Under the pieces are notes generated by a model, which saw nothing but the letters and a program-made list of their open reading frames with translations, was not told where the DNA came from and made no database searches. The position numbers and the translations under genes were made by a program. Positions 28,968 to 41,933 of a stretch of 64,000 nucleotides of DNA are shown piece by piece (positions within the stretch are counted from its first letter, which is position 1; every line of letters starts with the position of its first letter). Origin of the DNA: Eledone cirrhosa (lineage: Eukaryota); NCBI GenBank assembly GCA_964016885.1, contig OZ024742.1, positions 67,456,001 through 67,520,000 on the forward strand, in the 5' to 3' direction.

Positions 28968-29915
28968 AAATAATAAAATAAGTCAAATGTTTCAAATTTG
29001 GCTTCGTTTATTACTGCTATATATATTTTGGTGACAGCCATCTTTGGCTGTGACCTCTTCAGGCAGTCCGAATTAGTGTGGTAGAGACTAGTACACATGT
29101 TGTTTAGGTGTATAACTTTGTCAATACTCTGATATGCCCAGTTCCGGGTTGGGTTGTTATATCACTGAGGAACTGGAATCATATGAATTCAAACAAACAA
29201 ATTTCAGAGTCAAAGGGCCTCTTCTCCTCTCACTGGTCAGTTGTTAGAACATTCCTCAGTCAAAAGTCTATAGCAATTCGTTCTGAGGCAAGCCAATCTG
29301 TAGTTGTTGTTCTTGTTATTGTTAGGTACATCTGACCTCTATTCTTGGTTGGTAGTGATGTTATTGTTGGAGTCAGCTAAAAAAGAAATGTGATAAACAC
29401 ATTTTTTTTTAGCTGACTCCAACAATAACACCACTACCAACACAAGAATAGAGGATGGATGTACCTAAGAATAACAAGAACAGCAACTAGAGATTGGATT
29501 GCCTCAGAACGAATTTCTATAGACTTTTGACTGAGGAATGTTCTAACAACTGACCAATGAGAGGAGAAGAGGCCCTTTGACTCTGAAATTTGTTTGTTTG
29601 AATTCATATGATTCCAGTTCCTCAGTGAAATAACAACCCAACCAGGAACTGGGCATATCAGAGTATTGACAAAGTTATACACCTAAACAACATGTGTACT
29701 CGTCTCTACCACACTAATTCGGACTGCCTGAAGATGTCACAACCAAAGATAGCTGTCACCGAAATATATATAGCAGTAATAAACAAAGCCAAATTTTAAA
29801 CATTTGACTTATTTATTTTATTTTACATTACTCCGGAGTAACCAAACCAACCTGCGCACTTCGTCGAGTGCCCCAATATGCATACTGAGGTGTTGGTATA
29901 CAACCAACATATACT
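28960..29915. mobile_element. Fold-back HHR-bearing element, ~425-bp inverted arms plus 3' extension
   Basis: 28960-29385 is the reverse complement of 29402-29825; HHR motifs at 29013-29067 (-) and 29723-29777 (+). Confidence 0.8.
29723..29777 (+). ncRNA. Type-I hammerhead ribozyme
   Basis: actgc-CTGAAGA-stem II (imperfect)-GAAA-tatata-TA-gcagt. Confidence 0.8.
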
Positions 29916-30201
29916 AAAAAAAAAAAATATATATACAGATATATCTGTATTAATACTACTACACCAAACGACCAGCCCTGTCCATTGTTCAATTGGTCAA
30001 ATATAGATTAAAATAGGCACTCCCAAAAATTCTTATTTAGATAAAATAAACCATATACTCATTGTATTCTCATTAAAAACCTTCTATATACTTGTTTACC
30101 AGTAAATTGAATTGCCATCTGTCATATACTATCCCCTCTCTTCTTCCTTTCTTACAACTAATATAAATACTTCAATTTTTTTGACTTTTCCAATTTATCC
30201 A

Positions 30202-30321
30202 ATATCTCTGAAGAAGTGACAACTGATTATACATTTGCTATCGAATACTTACTAACATTATATGATTACGCAAGCAGCGATACATAGGTATTCCGTCTGT
30301 TACAGAAACATATGTCAATAC
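30202..30321 (+). ncRNA. Hammerhead-like motif with ~90-nt stem II insertion
   Basis: CTGAAGA-a-gtgaca...tgttac-a-GAAA-catatg-TC-aata. Confidence 0.55.
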
Positions 30322-30414
30322 CTAATAAATTCCTGTATAAAAGCACTTTCATTTTAAATTCATCTTTTCTATATATATATATATATATATAAGAAATGTG
30401 TTATATGTAAAGTA

Positions 30415-31078
30415 AAGCCCCAGATAAAATGTAAAACTAGAAATGTAGTCTATAGCATAAGATGTACAGAGGGTACTTGCAGAAACATGACAACAACATA
30501 CATAGGTAAGACAGCTCGAAGCTTAGGTGAAAGAATAGACCAACACTGGAGGGTTTTTAAAAGGACAAAAAACGGTTTAGTACTATACGAACACGCTAGA
30601 TAACAGCATGACGGTAACATAGACAAGATATAAATTAAAATAATATCTAAACATAGAAATGACCCAACAGGTAAGTAAATCAGAGAAGCAAGCGAAATAA
30701 AGGTTAGAAAGCCAAAGCTAAACAGAAAAAAATGAATGGAATAACAACACCCAAACAAACAATACTGACTTAAGAGAAACATAAATAAATAAATAAATAA
30801 ATAGACAAGCACAATACACTACAAACACATATAATCACATACTAATAAACTAAGATATAATACAATAACCAAAATACAATCACCCAAACGCGAATACATA
30901 CGCCAAACACTATACACACACGCAAACGCATACGCAGAGACGAAGAAAAAAAATAAAATAAATAAATAAATAGATAAAATAAAAATGGCGTAGACATACA
31001 ATAAAACAGGCGGAAACATAATAGTACCACTGATGATGTTGCAGATTTGCAACGAAAGAATTTTGTTAGACTATATAT
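30415..31078 (+). mobile_element. PLE family A 3' fragment (GIY-YIG end, 3'UTR, HHR at ~31026-31068)
   Basis: Colinear with 11310-11995; ctgatgatgttgcagatttgcaacgaaa. Confidence 0.85.
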
Positions 31079-31094
31079 ATATGTATTTATATCT

Positions 31095-31572
31095 ATTCAA
31101 AATGAAATTAAGGGTGTCATGCCCGAGATATGCGCCATATCCACTGTAGAATATGCTCAAAGATCCGAACATTTTATATCAACTAGAAATTGATTGACAT
31201 ATATATATATATATAATAAACACATGGAAAAATCACAGGGGATAACTTGTAAAGTGTGTAAGCACAGACAGCTAGCCAGGTAACTAATTAAAGTTTACTA
31301 GAACTTCAAAAATAGATACCTTTTAAAATGATTAATCTCCCTTGTATATATTTCATTAAAGAAATATATTTCACCATTAATCCGTAAACTCACAGTAGTC
31401 AAATCCCGTATTTTCAACAAGGGAGAATATTTAACTATCTATGTTTACACAGCAAATGCAAATCTGCGAATGACCCGTCGCACGTGTTGCATTTTAAAAA
31501 AAATACACACATCTCTTCTACAGTGGATATGGCGCATGTCTCGGACATGATACCCTTAATTTAATTTTGGAT
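31095..31572. mobile_element. MITE-like element with ~55-bp terminal inverted repeats
   Basis: 31095-31150 versus 31517-31572 inverted (aattaagggtgtcatg..gcgccatatccactgtaga); TA-rich flanks. Confidence 0.6.
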
Positions 31573-31709
31573 ATATATACGGCTCCTTAATTGTAGAGAT
31601 AACTCATTTGAAAGGACTAGGCTGCTATTTCTAGCTGTCGATAATCCTATTCATGCCACTAGGATGACGCTAGTACGATGTGTGTATTTAAAAAAAAATG
31701 CAACAGTAG

Positions 31710-31900
31710 GGCGGTGGGTTGACAGTATCGGTAGAGGGTCGGGCGTCAGGCTTTGCAGCAAAGAGTTACGGCTCGTTATGGTTTGAGTTCAAATCCCGCC
31801 GAGGTTAACTTTGCCTTTCATCCTTATGGGGTCGATAAAATAAAGTACCAGTAATACACTGGGATAATTGCTGGCCTGTGCCAAAAGTAGAAACAATTAT
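31710..31900 (+). mobile_element. tRNA-derived SINE copy
   Basis: B-box gagttcaaatccc, conserved core, 3' gtgccaaaagtagaaacaattatt. Confidence 0.85.
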
Positions 31901-32102
31901 TTCTGGGGCAATATTATTACAACAATATGACCCTCCCCAAGTTTAACAATATATACATATATATAGTAATAATAATAATTTTGAAGACTAAAATCCAAAG
32001 AGGGCTCGATAAGGATAAATATATATCAAATATATATATTTTAATAATATATATATATATATATTTACTTGTAGTACGTGTTCTATTTGACATATATATA
32101 TA

Positions 32103-32190
<88 letters not shown>

Positions 32191-33020
32191 TGTGTGTGAG
32201 TGTGTGTGTGTGTGAAAAGTGAACAGAAATTATAAAGCAAATGGCACAGTATATTGACGAAACGTGTTAGCTTAACGATTGAAATAACAGGAAAAGTGTC
32301 TTAACAATTCGCACCCTTGTCAGAAGATACAATTAGCAATAAAAGTTGGAGTAGAAAGATAAAAAGTGGAAAGAGGAAAGGACAGAAAAAAATGCCATGT
32401 GCGTGTATGTTTTTGTGTGTGTGTGTGTGCGTGTGTGTGTGTGTGCGTGTGTGTGTGTGTGCGCGCATGTTTATTACCATTTTATGCTTGCATATCTGTA
32501 CATTCACATACATACCACCGCAACTCAAGCAGGGGGCGTCGGGTGGGGGTGGCTTGGTATGACACATTTTTTCTCAGTACCGTACATAACTGATGGAAAA
32601 GAGAATGCAGTGTATATTTTCTGAAGAGAATAGTGTCAGTGACTTCAAGTTTCAGTTTAGTCTCCTCATCAGTCTGCGTATTGTATCAGAGAGAATGTTT
32701 GCTTATATATTTTACAACAATAGTTTTGTACGTTCATATACTTATGATTTTCTGCTATTAGTGTATATCAGATTAACTGTAAATGCGGATACACTTTATT
32801 AGAGGCGGACCATTTAAAAGCAGGCTTTTCATCAGATAAATACAATGCACATACACAAGCACACACACATGAACTCACGCACACACACACAGACGCACAC
32901 ACACAAATGCAAACATAAACATATGGACATGCACAGAGAGGCAGAAAGAGAAATTTAGCATGTAGAAGCATATAACAATGAATGGTTAGACACACACACA
33001 CATACACAGAAGGTGAGAGA

Positions 33021-33088
<68 letters not shown>

Positions 33089-35499
33089 CATACATGTATT
33101 GTCAGTATTATGGATAACCATTGTATGTATTTGTATTGTTGCAGATTTACCATATTATGGGAAATGAAGGAGAGCATTTTTTGTGGATGATGTCCTTTTT
33201 GCCAGAAGTGTTTGACTTTTTTACATGTCCAACATAAAATAAAATAGTGATCCATTAATACTGGCAGTGAGGGAAGTAATAAAATACATCCAACATGTGA
33301 CGAGAACGGCAATGATCATACAACAATCAAGAATGACATTTATAACAAAAATGTCAACGAAAATATTTACGATCCATGATAATTATAATAATAGGAATGC
33401 AGTAGTGTTATAGAAATCCGATGCTTCAACATGCAAGAAATATCCCTCAAACCACATGCTACACTATTAAAAGTATTAATTGCTCGTTAGGTAAAATTAC
33501 ATGATCCAGGTCGAAGCTTTTTCATTATAGGCCCGCTCAAGTAGAGCATATATGCAACAGCTACTAGAAGTACCTGCACTGCAACACCATGGGAAAATAT
33601 ATTTCAGTACGGCATTGATGCCAAAACTTCATAAAAAGATACGAGATACAAAAACACATATAAGCAGAAACATTACATCAACATTACTACAAAAAAGTAT
33701 TAAATATGACAGCTATCACAATGTCAGAAAACTTGCAAATAAGGATGCAATTTTCCAAGAAAGTAAGACAGAAATATATCCCGTCTAACGTAATAACATT
33801 GTCAGGGAATAGGCTTCAGTTAGTGAAACGGAAGGGAGTTAATTGCCACTATATTCGGATGGGTGAAAGCAGGGTAGAACATTTCATCATCGTTCAAAGA
33901 AAATAATGCCAGGGCACTGGTGAAGTGGACAATTTCTTTCTTTACATGAAGAATAAACTATTTCGTTGATGGTTTACGTAGGAACAAACAAATAAGCCCT
34001 TTTGAATCCACCATACTACAGAGAACATATGTGAAATATGTTTCAAGAAGTATCTGGTGGTCAGTGCCTAGAATATGACCAGAAATATATAGTCATGAAG
34101 ATCATTTTTACGAAAGTATTTCCAATGTAATCTTACGATTGTATGGTAAAATTTAGAAGGCATTGACAAGTACCAAATTTCAAGTGTTTATAACACTCGA
34201 GAGAGACATATTGGCGTGGGAGATGTGCGCTAGAAGAAAGAGCGTGTCGGCGGTTCTCGTGTGATAATACAGATCACCTTATGTAATTGCATCCGCCAAT
34301 GTTAGAATTATAGTCGTTAAACTGATAGCAAATGCCACCATCATGCCAAAGCCCGGAAACTGTGGAGAAACAATCTCCAAATATCGCAGCAATACCAGTA
34401 ACAGAACAATCAACTGATATACTGAATTCAAAATATAAACATTGCAGGAGACAAACTTACAAACACATCAAGCAATACACTCCGCACTAACTCTCAGTAA
34501 AGTTAAGACGAGGAACTACTGCGATCTTTCGAAGATCCCCTGAAAGCAGACACATATATCCTGCCCAACAAGGCAAAAACATATGCCGCTTATAACACTA
34601 ATCAACGAATATATATTATTTTTCTACAGAGGATTCTTGGTGAAGCAGAAAGTCATTTTATTACTGGCAAACTTCCCTCGATATTTTAGATAGTGTTTAG
34701 ATAAATTCTTTTATCATGTTTATATTGGAAATACTCTTTATTTTTTCAGAATATTTGCTTCGGTTATTGACATTTTCTAGACATGCAGCGTGAATATAGA
34801 ATATTAAAGATTCGTAAGCATGTTAATGGATATGTGAAAGCTTTCTCGGTAATAAATACCTTCTGTATGGTGGCTGATCATTGTTTAAAACTATATCGCA
34901 AGGATTTATGCCTATCATATTCACAGCACTTTTAAACATTTCTATCGTGTATATTATTCAAATAAATATGTGTATAATTGAGTCTATGGTATCAAAATAC
35001 ATCTAAATGCAATTACATATTAATTCACAAAATGAATTCTATGAGTTTGGTTTCAAACAATAAAGACTTTGTATATAATGTTGTTCAATGCATCTTAATT
35101 ACTGAATCTATTGAGAAATATAGAAATCGAAACTGCTATTTCAAAACCATATATGCGTTGGGGATATATTAATTATATATTTGGAATAAGAGTCTAAAAT
35201 TCATTCCGAACCTGAATTCTATTTCGATTATATATAATTGATCACTATATATGTATAGACATGTATGTATATGTATATACGTCAACAATGTACGCTAGGC
35301 ATTACGAAGGGAAAGTGGGCCAACACTTTCTAGAAAAGAACGTATATAAATTTATGTAAAAACAAGATGAGAAAGGAGGTTATTTAAGTTTCATTAAACA
35401 TTGATAAGCTGCTGGATTAACCAATACTAGATCAAACTAAAGGGAAATGAGCCAATGGCAGAGCTACTATGTTGTCGGATATATATATATATATATATA

Positions 35500-35810
35500 A
35501 ACACTGAGTTATATGCTTTGTTGATAAATATTCAAGAGGGTTATGTTAATATCAGATATGAAACACCCTACAAAAAATGTTATCTGGAGTATTATAATAT
35601 TAATTATAAATGGAAAATATCACTATAGCATCATATTTATTTTATTATACAGTCAGCTTACAGTGCCCGCTGGACGTTTATACTTTGGGTATGTCACTAT
35701 CTTATCCATCAAATATTGTATTTTATCTGATGAAACCATACCATAATTTGGCATCCTTGAAATCTAAACTATAATCAAGTAAGGAGTGCGGGACTGCGTC
35801 CAGAATATTT
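35500..35810 (+). mobile_element. Decayed HHR-bearing repeat
   Basis: ttttat-CTGATGA-..ataccataatttggcat..-GAAA at ~35721-35775; 35590-35650 also occurs inverted at 41935-41995. Confidence 0.45.
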
Positions 35811-35856
35811 TTTTTTTTATCTCGTTTGTAAAATAAGTTGGATTACTTTGAATAAA

Positions 35857-36048
35857 TAATTGTTTCTACTGTTGGCGCAAGGCCAGCAATTACCCAGTGC
35901 ATTACTGGTACTTTATTTTATCGACCCCGTAAGGATTAAAGGCAAAGTTAACCCCGGCGGGATTTGAACTCAGAATGGCAAGGACCGTAACCCTATGCGT
36001 CAAAGCATGTCAACCGACCCTCTACAGATACTGCCAATCCACAGCACA
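35857..36048 (-). mobile_element. tRNA-derived SINE copy
   Basis: Same family as 17203 and 31710. Confidence 0.85.
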
Positions 36049-36363
36049 TGAATAAATAATGAATGAATATTACATAATTTATCAACTAAATTTCGTAACA
36101 CATCATTAAACATATATTAAAAATATTAATGCATTGTTCAAGATTCACTTCTTTTAAAAGATACAAATTTCAATACTTCCGGTATATCTATACTATATAT
36201 AGAGAGAAAGAGTGAAAGAGAAAGATAAAGAGATTTGGATTTTTTTCAACACGCTGATGTGCATGCGTGTGCGTGTGAGTATGTTGTTGTTCTTTGATTT
36301 TATAAAATCGCTAGAGCGAGAAAGAGAGATTGTATCTGTGAGTATATAAAGAGAAGCGTGACT

Positions 36364-36438
<75 letters not shown>

Positions 36439-36643
36439 GTTGTTTTCATACGCGTTTTGCTGCTACCACTGTTGTAGTGACTACTTCATACTACTCTATA
36501 TATAAATATATGGTGTATGGAGTAGCAGTACATCGGTCTTTCATAACGTTTATAATATTCCGTCTCTCATTTATTTCAAACATGAATTTATTTCAGCGAT
36601 TTCTTTTCTCCGTGTCAGCTATATATATATATATATATATATA

Positions 36644-37258
36644 TTAGAATTGGAGCTTTGAAATAGCAATATATATATGGATGTATATATAATGTATTTT
36701 GCAATACACTTTATGCTTAATTAAAAGCATTTTGAAGACCGTATGCTATTGTTTTAGAGTAGTGACAAATTCACTTACTTTAATCTCAGCAAACAGGGGA
36801 GATAAGCCACCAAGTCCTTGTTTCGCTTTTGTTGAAGCTTATCAAGGCTAACTACCCCTCCTGTCTACTGAGATTACTGATGTTATATTCTTATAGAATT
36901 CTAGTAAATAATCAGGAACTGGTTATACAGAGCGATTGTTGGTCAGGCAGAAATTAAAAATTAGAATTGGAGCTCTGAAATAGCAATACATATATGGATG
37001 TATATATAATGTATTTTGCAATACACTTTATGCTTAATTAAAAGCATTTTGAAGACCGTATGCTACTGGAATTCTATAAGAATATAACATCAGTAATCTC
37101 AGTAGACAGGAGGGGTAGTTAGCCTTGATAAGCTTCAACAAAAGCGAAACAAGGCCTTGTCGGCTTATCTCCCCTGTTAGCTGAGATTAAAGTAAGTGAA
37201 TTTGTCACTACTCTAAAACAATAGCATACAGTCTTCAAAATGCTTTTAATTAAGCATA
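36644..37258. mobile_element. Fold-back retrozyme-like element, 317-nt monomer (U3-A8 HHR)
   Basis: ttagaattggagct at 36644 and 36961 (period 317); inverted segment 37066-37258; (TA)n flanks. Confidence 0.85.
37121..37165 (+). ncRNA. Minimal hammerhead ribozyme with U3-A8 core variant
   Basis: agcc-TTGATAA-gctt caacaa aagc-GAAA-caag gc cttg-TC-ggct; the inverted copy 36805-36849 has a mutated cleavage triplet. Confidence 0.85.
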
Positions 37259-37339
37259 TATATATATATTGTTTTTTTTTAACATATATTTATTTCTACC
37301 ATTTCACCGTAGAGATAACATATATTTATACATACATGG

Positions 37340-40300
37340 CAGAAAGTGAACATGGGACGCAGAAAACATTTTTCATCTAAACCCCAACGCATGGCAGTAG
37401 ACGCACAACGAGAAAGAGAGATGAGGCCAAATCAATTAAACAATAATCGCCCTACAACATCCCAACAAATTTCGACAAATGTAATTCAGTTAACACACCA
37501 ACAACAACTTGCAAAAATACACCAAACGTTCAGAGGAAGGAACAGGTCAATTGAAGGTCTGGCAAAGAATCTTACCTTTCCAAGAGCAACATGCTCTTTC
37601 CATAATGCCACAACATAATGCGGGGAGTCAAATCTTATCGCTGGCCACATGAACCCAAATCTCTGTGGGTGCTTCCAGGGAGAAGTGAAACTCCCTCGAC
37701 TTGCCCGTTCTCCACCTAAAATACTGAAATATTTCGATATCACTAAAGCAGGAAATTCTTTTCTCCATAAGATACGTGATAAAACAATGTGCTCGCTTTA
37801 GCTTCAATTGGTTGCCAAGAGATTAAAGCAGCAGGATTTAGTCCCACATTTAAGATCCAAAGTAAGATTTGTCCTATTATTGGATCACTATTTCGAAGTG
37901 ATGCTTCACCCAAGTTTGCGCAGCTTTACTTCTATGATACTTCCTGAGCTTCAGAATCGCTTGCATCATGTTAATATCGATGCTGCTGCCGTGCAGGACG
38001 TGCAAGAAGAATTGCACTACTGCAACATCTATATAAGAAGGTTCAAGACGGTCATTGAAATGCCAGTCTCTGAAAATGTGAATATTGTCCTACATTCTGA
38101 CAAAGCAAAACCCACTGATTTTCATTGTCGCACATATAATCTTCCCATGGCATCTGAGATTGCTGTTATTCAGCGTGATACAGCATTAGGTCTTTTGGAT
38201 GTCATCATTCATAAAAGAGATGGTGGTCATCAGAGGATTCATCAGTTGCACCGTTCTTATGATCCTCTGCATTATGTGCTCTTGTTTCCTTGGGGGGAAT
38301 GATGGGTTTCAGGTCGGTTTGAAAAGGATTGACTACAACCACACACACACACACCCACTGATTTCTACTGTTATCGGTTTCAGGTTAGGCAAGGTGACTG
38401 TAACATTATCATGAAGAGCAGGCGGCTGATGCAACAATATGTTGTAGATGCCCAGGCAAAAATAGAACATTGTCGCCTCAAATGGTCCCGCAACAATCAA
38501 ACCATGATACGAGCTGAAAAGTATGAGGGTTTGTATGATGCCGTGGCTGAGGGAGATTCAGTAAATGCAGGCCGGAGAATTGTTCTTCTTCCTTCAATCT
38601 ATGGTTCCACTCGTTTCTACAGTGAGTGCTTTAAGAATTCGATGATTGTGGTTCGACACATGGAAAAGCCAACTTATTTCATCACTGTAACAACTAACCC
38701 TAACTGGGATGAAATGAAAAATAGTTTGCACCCTGGTGAAGAACATAGAGACCGTCCTGGTGTTTGTGCAAGAGTCTTCAAGATCAAGTATGACAGCCTC
38801 ATGGATGACATAACAAAGAAAATGTCCTAGGAAAAGTTGTGGCTCATTCTGCTACAATAGAGTGGCAGAAACGAGGCCTCACTCATGCTCATATTCTGCG
38901 GATATTGGCTGAAGATAGCATCCTGCAACATTCATGGCCCATGTGGACAAGCTTATATGATGTGTTCATGCATGGAAGGGCTAGGACAACAACGCCATTG
39001 CTCAAAAGATTATCCCAAGGCATTCAGACAAACCACATTTGTTGCCGAAAGTTCCTTTCCGGAGTATAGAAGAAGGGATAGACAGCAGAGTGGTCACACC
39101 CATACAATCAAGGTCAAGAATTTACTGTTGATAATCGTTAGATTGTTCCATACAACCCTTTCCTCTCATTGAGATATCAGTGTCACATCAATTGTGAGGT
39201 TGTCCACAGTGTCAGGGCTGTTAAGTACTTATATAGGTCATCACAACAGGATCAGACAAGATCACTTTCACTATTAAGGATGATCAAGAAAATTGTGTCC
39301 GTGCCCAAAATGAGATTGAGACCTATATCAATGCACGGTACATCTCAGCCAGTGAGGCATTCTGGAGAATCTATAAATTTCCATTACATCATCGAAAACC
39401 GCTAGTTGAAAGGTTGCCTTGCCATTTCTCTGGGGAACAAATGGTCGTGTATGAGCGAGGGCAGAAAGAAAGTGTTGTTTCTAGGGGACAGCCAATGACT
39501 AAGTTGACGGAACATTTTAAACTGAATATCATAGACCCACTGCCACAAAACATATTATATATTGATATTCCTAAATATTTCACTAGGACAAACAAGAAGT
39601 GGCAAAGAAGAAAAAAGGGACATCGGGATGGGGATCAACAATTTATGTGTGGACGCATTCCAACAGCATCTCTCAGTAGCCATCAATCTGAATTATATTA
39701 TCTCAGAATGATCCTACATGACAAGGATGGGGCAACTTCATACAAATATTTGAGGACAATTGAAGGAGTTGAATTTCCAACATACCAAGAAGCATGCAGG
39801 AAACTTGGTCTGTTAGATGAAGATAGAGAAAAAGATAAAGCTATGGAAGAGGACTCATCCATTACGCTTGGTCCTCAGCTGCGAGAGATATTCTGCACCA
39901 TTTTATTGCACAGCATGCCAAATGACCATCTGCAGTTCTGGGAGAAATGAAAGAATTGTCTTGCAGAGGATATCATGCATGAACGTCATGAGGAAATCAT
40001 GTCCATGCAAACCGTGCGGATTTTTCTACAGAAGATCCAACAAAGGCTTCAGCATGATAGCTTGGACATCTATGCCAAATATGGACTTCCTCGGCCAGAC
40101 CCAACTATTGTTGCCATACCAGAAATCAACAGGGTTCTTATGGCAGAAACTGATTTCAATACACACCAACTGCAAGCAGATATAAATGAACTTCTGCCAA
40201 CATTGAATCCTTAGCAACCTGATATTTTTCACAAAGTAATCACCTCTGAAAATGAAAATTAAGGCAGAATGTTCTGCTTGCATGTAAGTGCAGGCACAGG

Positions 40301-41933
40301 AAAGACATAAATATCCTATTGGATTACCTCCGATCTAAAAATAAATTACACTTATCACTGCCATATCTGGAATAGCAGCCACTTTGCTTCACAAAGGTAG
40401 AACTCAAACGCAGAATTCCAAGTACAAGATTCCTCTCAATGTGACTGGTGAATCAACTTGCTTCTTCACAAAGAGTGATGTCACAGGTAAACCTATGCAA
40501 AAAACTGACCTGCTAATCATTGATGAGATAGGTATGGGATATAAGCATATCTTTGAATGCCTTGACAGGAGCTTCAAAGATGTTGTAAAAAGCCATTTGG
40601 TGGTCTAACAGTATTACTATTAGTGACTGGAGGCAGATTCTTCCAGTTGTACGTCATGGTGCTAGACCACAAATAGTTGAGGCAACCATCAAGAGATCCT
40701 ATATCTGGGAGTATGTGGAAACCGGTTAATTAATGCAAACTACTTTCTTGATGTGGGAAATTGTAACATTCCAACTTTTCCAACTGTAGGGGCATTCACA
40801 ATTCTTCTGCCAAGTGAAATTTGTGTGGAAGATGGTAATGTGTCTGGACTGTGTGATTTTGTGTATACAAATAGTCCAGGAAACTACACAAACCCACAAG
40901 ATTGGTGAATGAGTCATGGTCATCAAGTTCCCTGGTCATGAAATAATTCACAGAAGCTCTGATACAGTAGATAATGAACTGCCATATCCAATTGAGTTCA
41001 TCAACAAAATTACCTCCATCAGGCTTCCCAACACACGTACTTAAACTGAAGAAAGTCAGTTGCGTCATGCTTCTCAGAAATCTGGATTCTCTAAACGGGC
41101 ATTGCAATGGTACAGGCTTCATCATCATCAGTTTACATAATCATGTAATTGAAGTTGAAGTGGCATTCGGTCCCAATGCTGGAACAAGTTTGCTAATCCC
41201 AATGATATCACATGTATCTCAAGAGCTTGAGTTCCCTTTCACCTTTACTCGCAAGCAATTTCCTGTCAAACCAGCATTTGCCATTACATGCAACAAGGCG
41301 CAAGGTCAGACATTTGAAAAGATAGGTGTATATCTACCAACACAATTCTTCTCACATTGTCAGACGTATGTTACATTGTCACGATTACAAAAAAAGAAAA
41401 TATAAAAATATTAAATGAAAGGCGTCTGTTTGCTGACAACTGTGTCTACAAAGAAATTCTAGAGTATTGTGAAACAGCTATCACTCTCTTTTAGTTGAAA
41501 TACATTTCAGTTTCTTTTTAACTGCTAGAAAAGGTACACTACAAAAACTTAAGAAGTCTATATGGGAATACAGTAAAAAAACAATATAGCGAAGGTCAAC
41601 TCTTCATATTGGTAAATGTAATTCATTCATTCATACCAGCAGCATCTATTTTCAAATTCACTGCTTGAAGCTTCCCATCGACATTCTCAAGTGAATATTC
41701 ATGAACATTTTCCGTCAACAGTTTCATCGCTTTTCCATCTCCATTATCGCCTTTTTTTAAATGTATCATGGATAATTTTCTGATTACAGAAGTAAGTGTA
41801 ACACAGTCGTTGTTCAGTTTATGTGCATATTGTCAATTTACGTATCATATCTATGTGCATATATATTTGCGTATATCAATATGCACACTACATATACTAG
41901 CAGAAAACCACGCGAGGGTGGTTCTTCTGCTAG
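37340..41933 (+). mobile_element. Helitron, decayed autonomous element
   Basis: RepHel motifs in order; candidate 3' hairpin + CTAG at 41896-41933; 5' end not defined. Confidence 0.85.
37560..41465 (+). pseudogene. Helitron Rep/PIF1-like helicase, many frameshifts and stops
   Basis: HRSYDPLHYVLLFP, QQYVVD, YFITVTTNPNW, IEWQKRGLTHAH (HUH), AVKYLY, GTGKT, IIDEIGM, CNGT, RKQFPVKPAFAITCNKAQGQT. Confidence 0.92.

Noticed and set aside
29108-29682. Mirror ORFs MYNFVNTLICPVPG on both strands
   Set aside because: A consequence of the palindrome; antisense to the HHR and with no recognisable domain
33130-34640. Possibly a very old RTE-like LINE remnant
   Set aside because: No RT motif could be read with confidence
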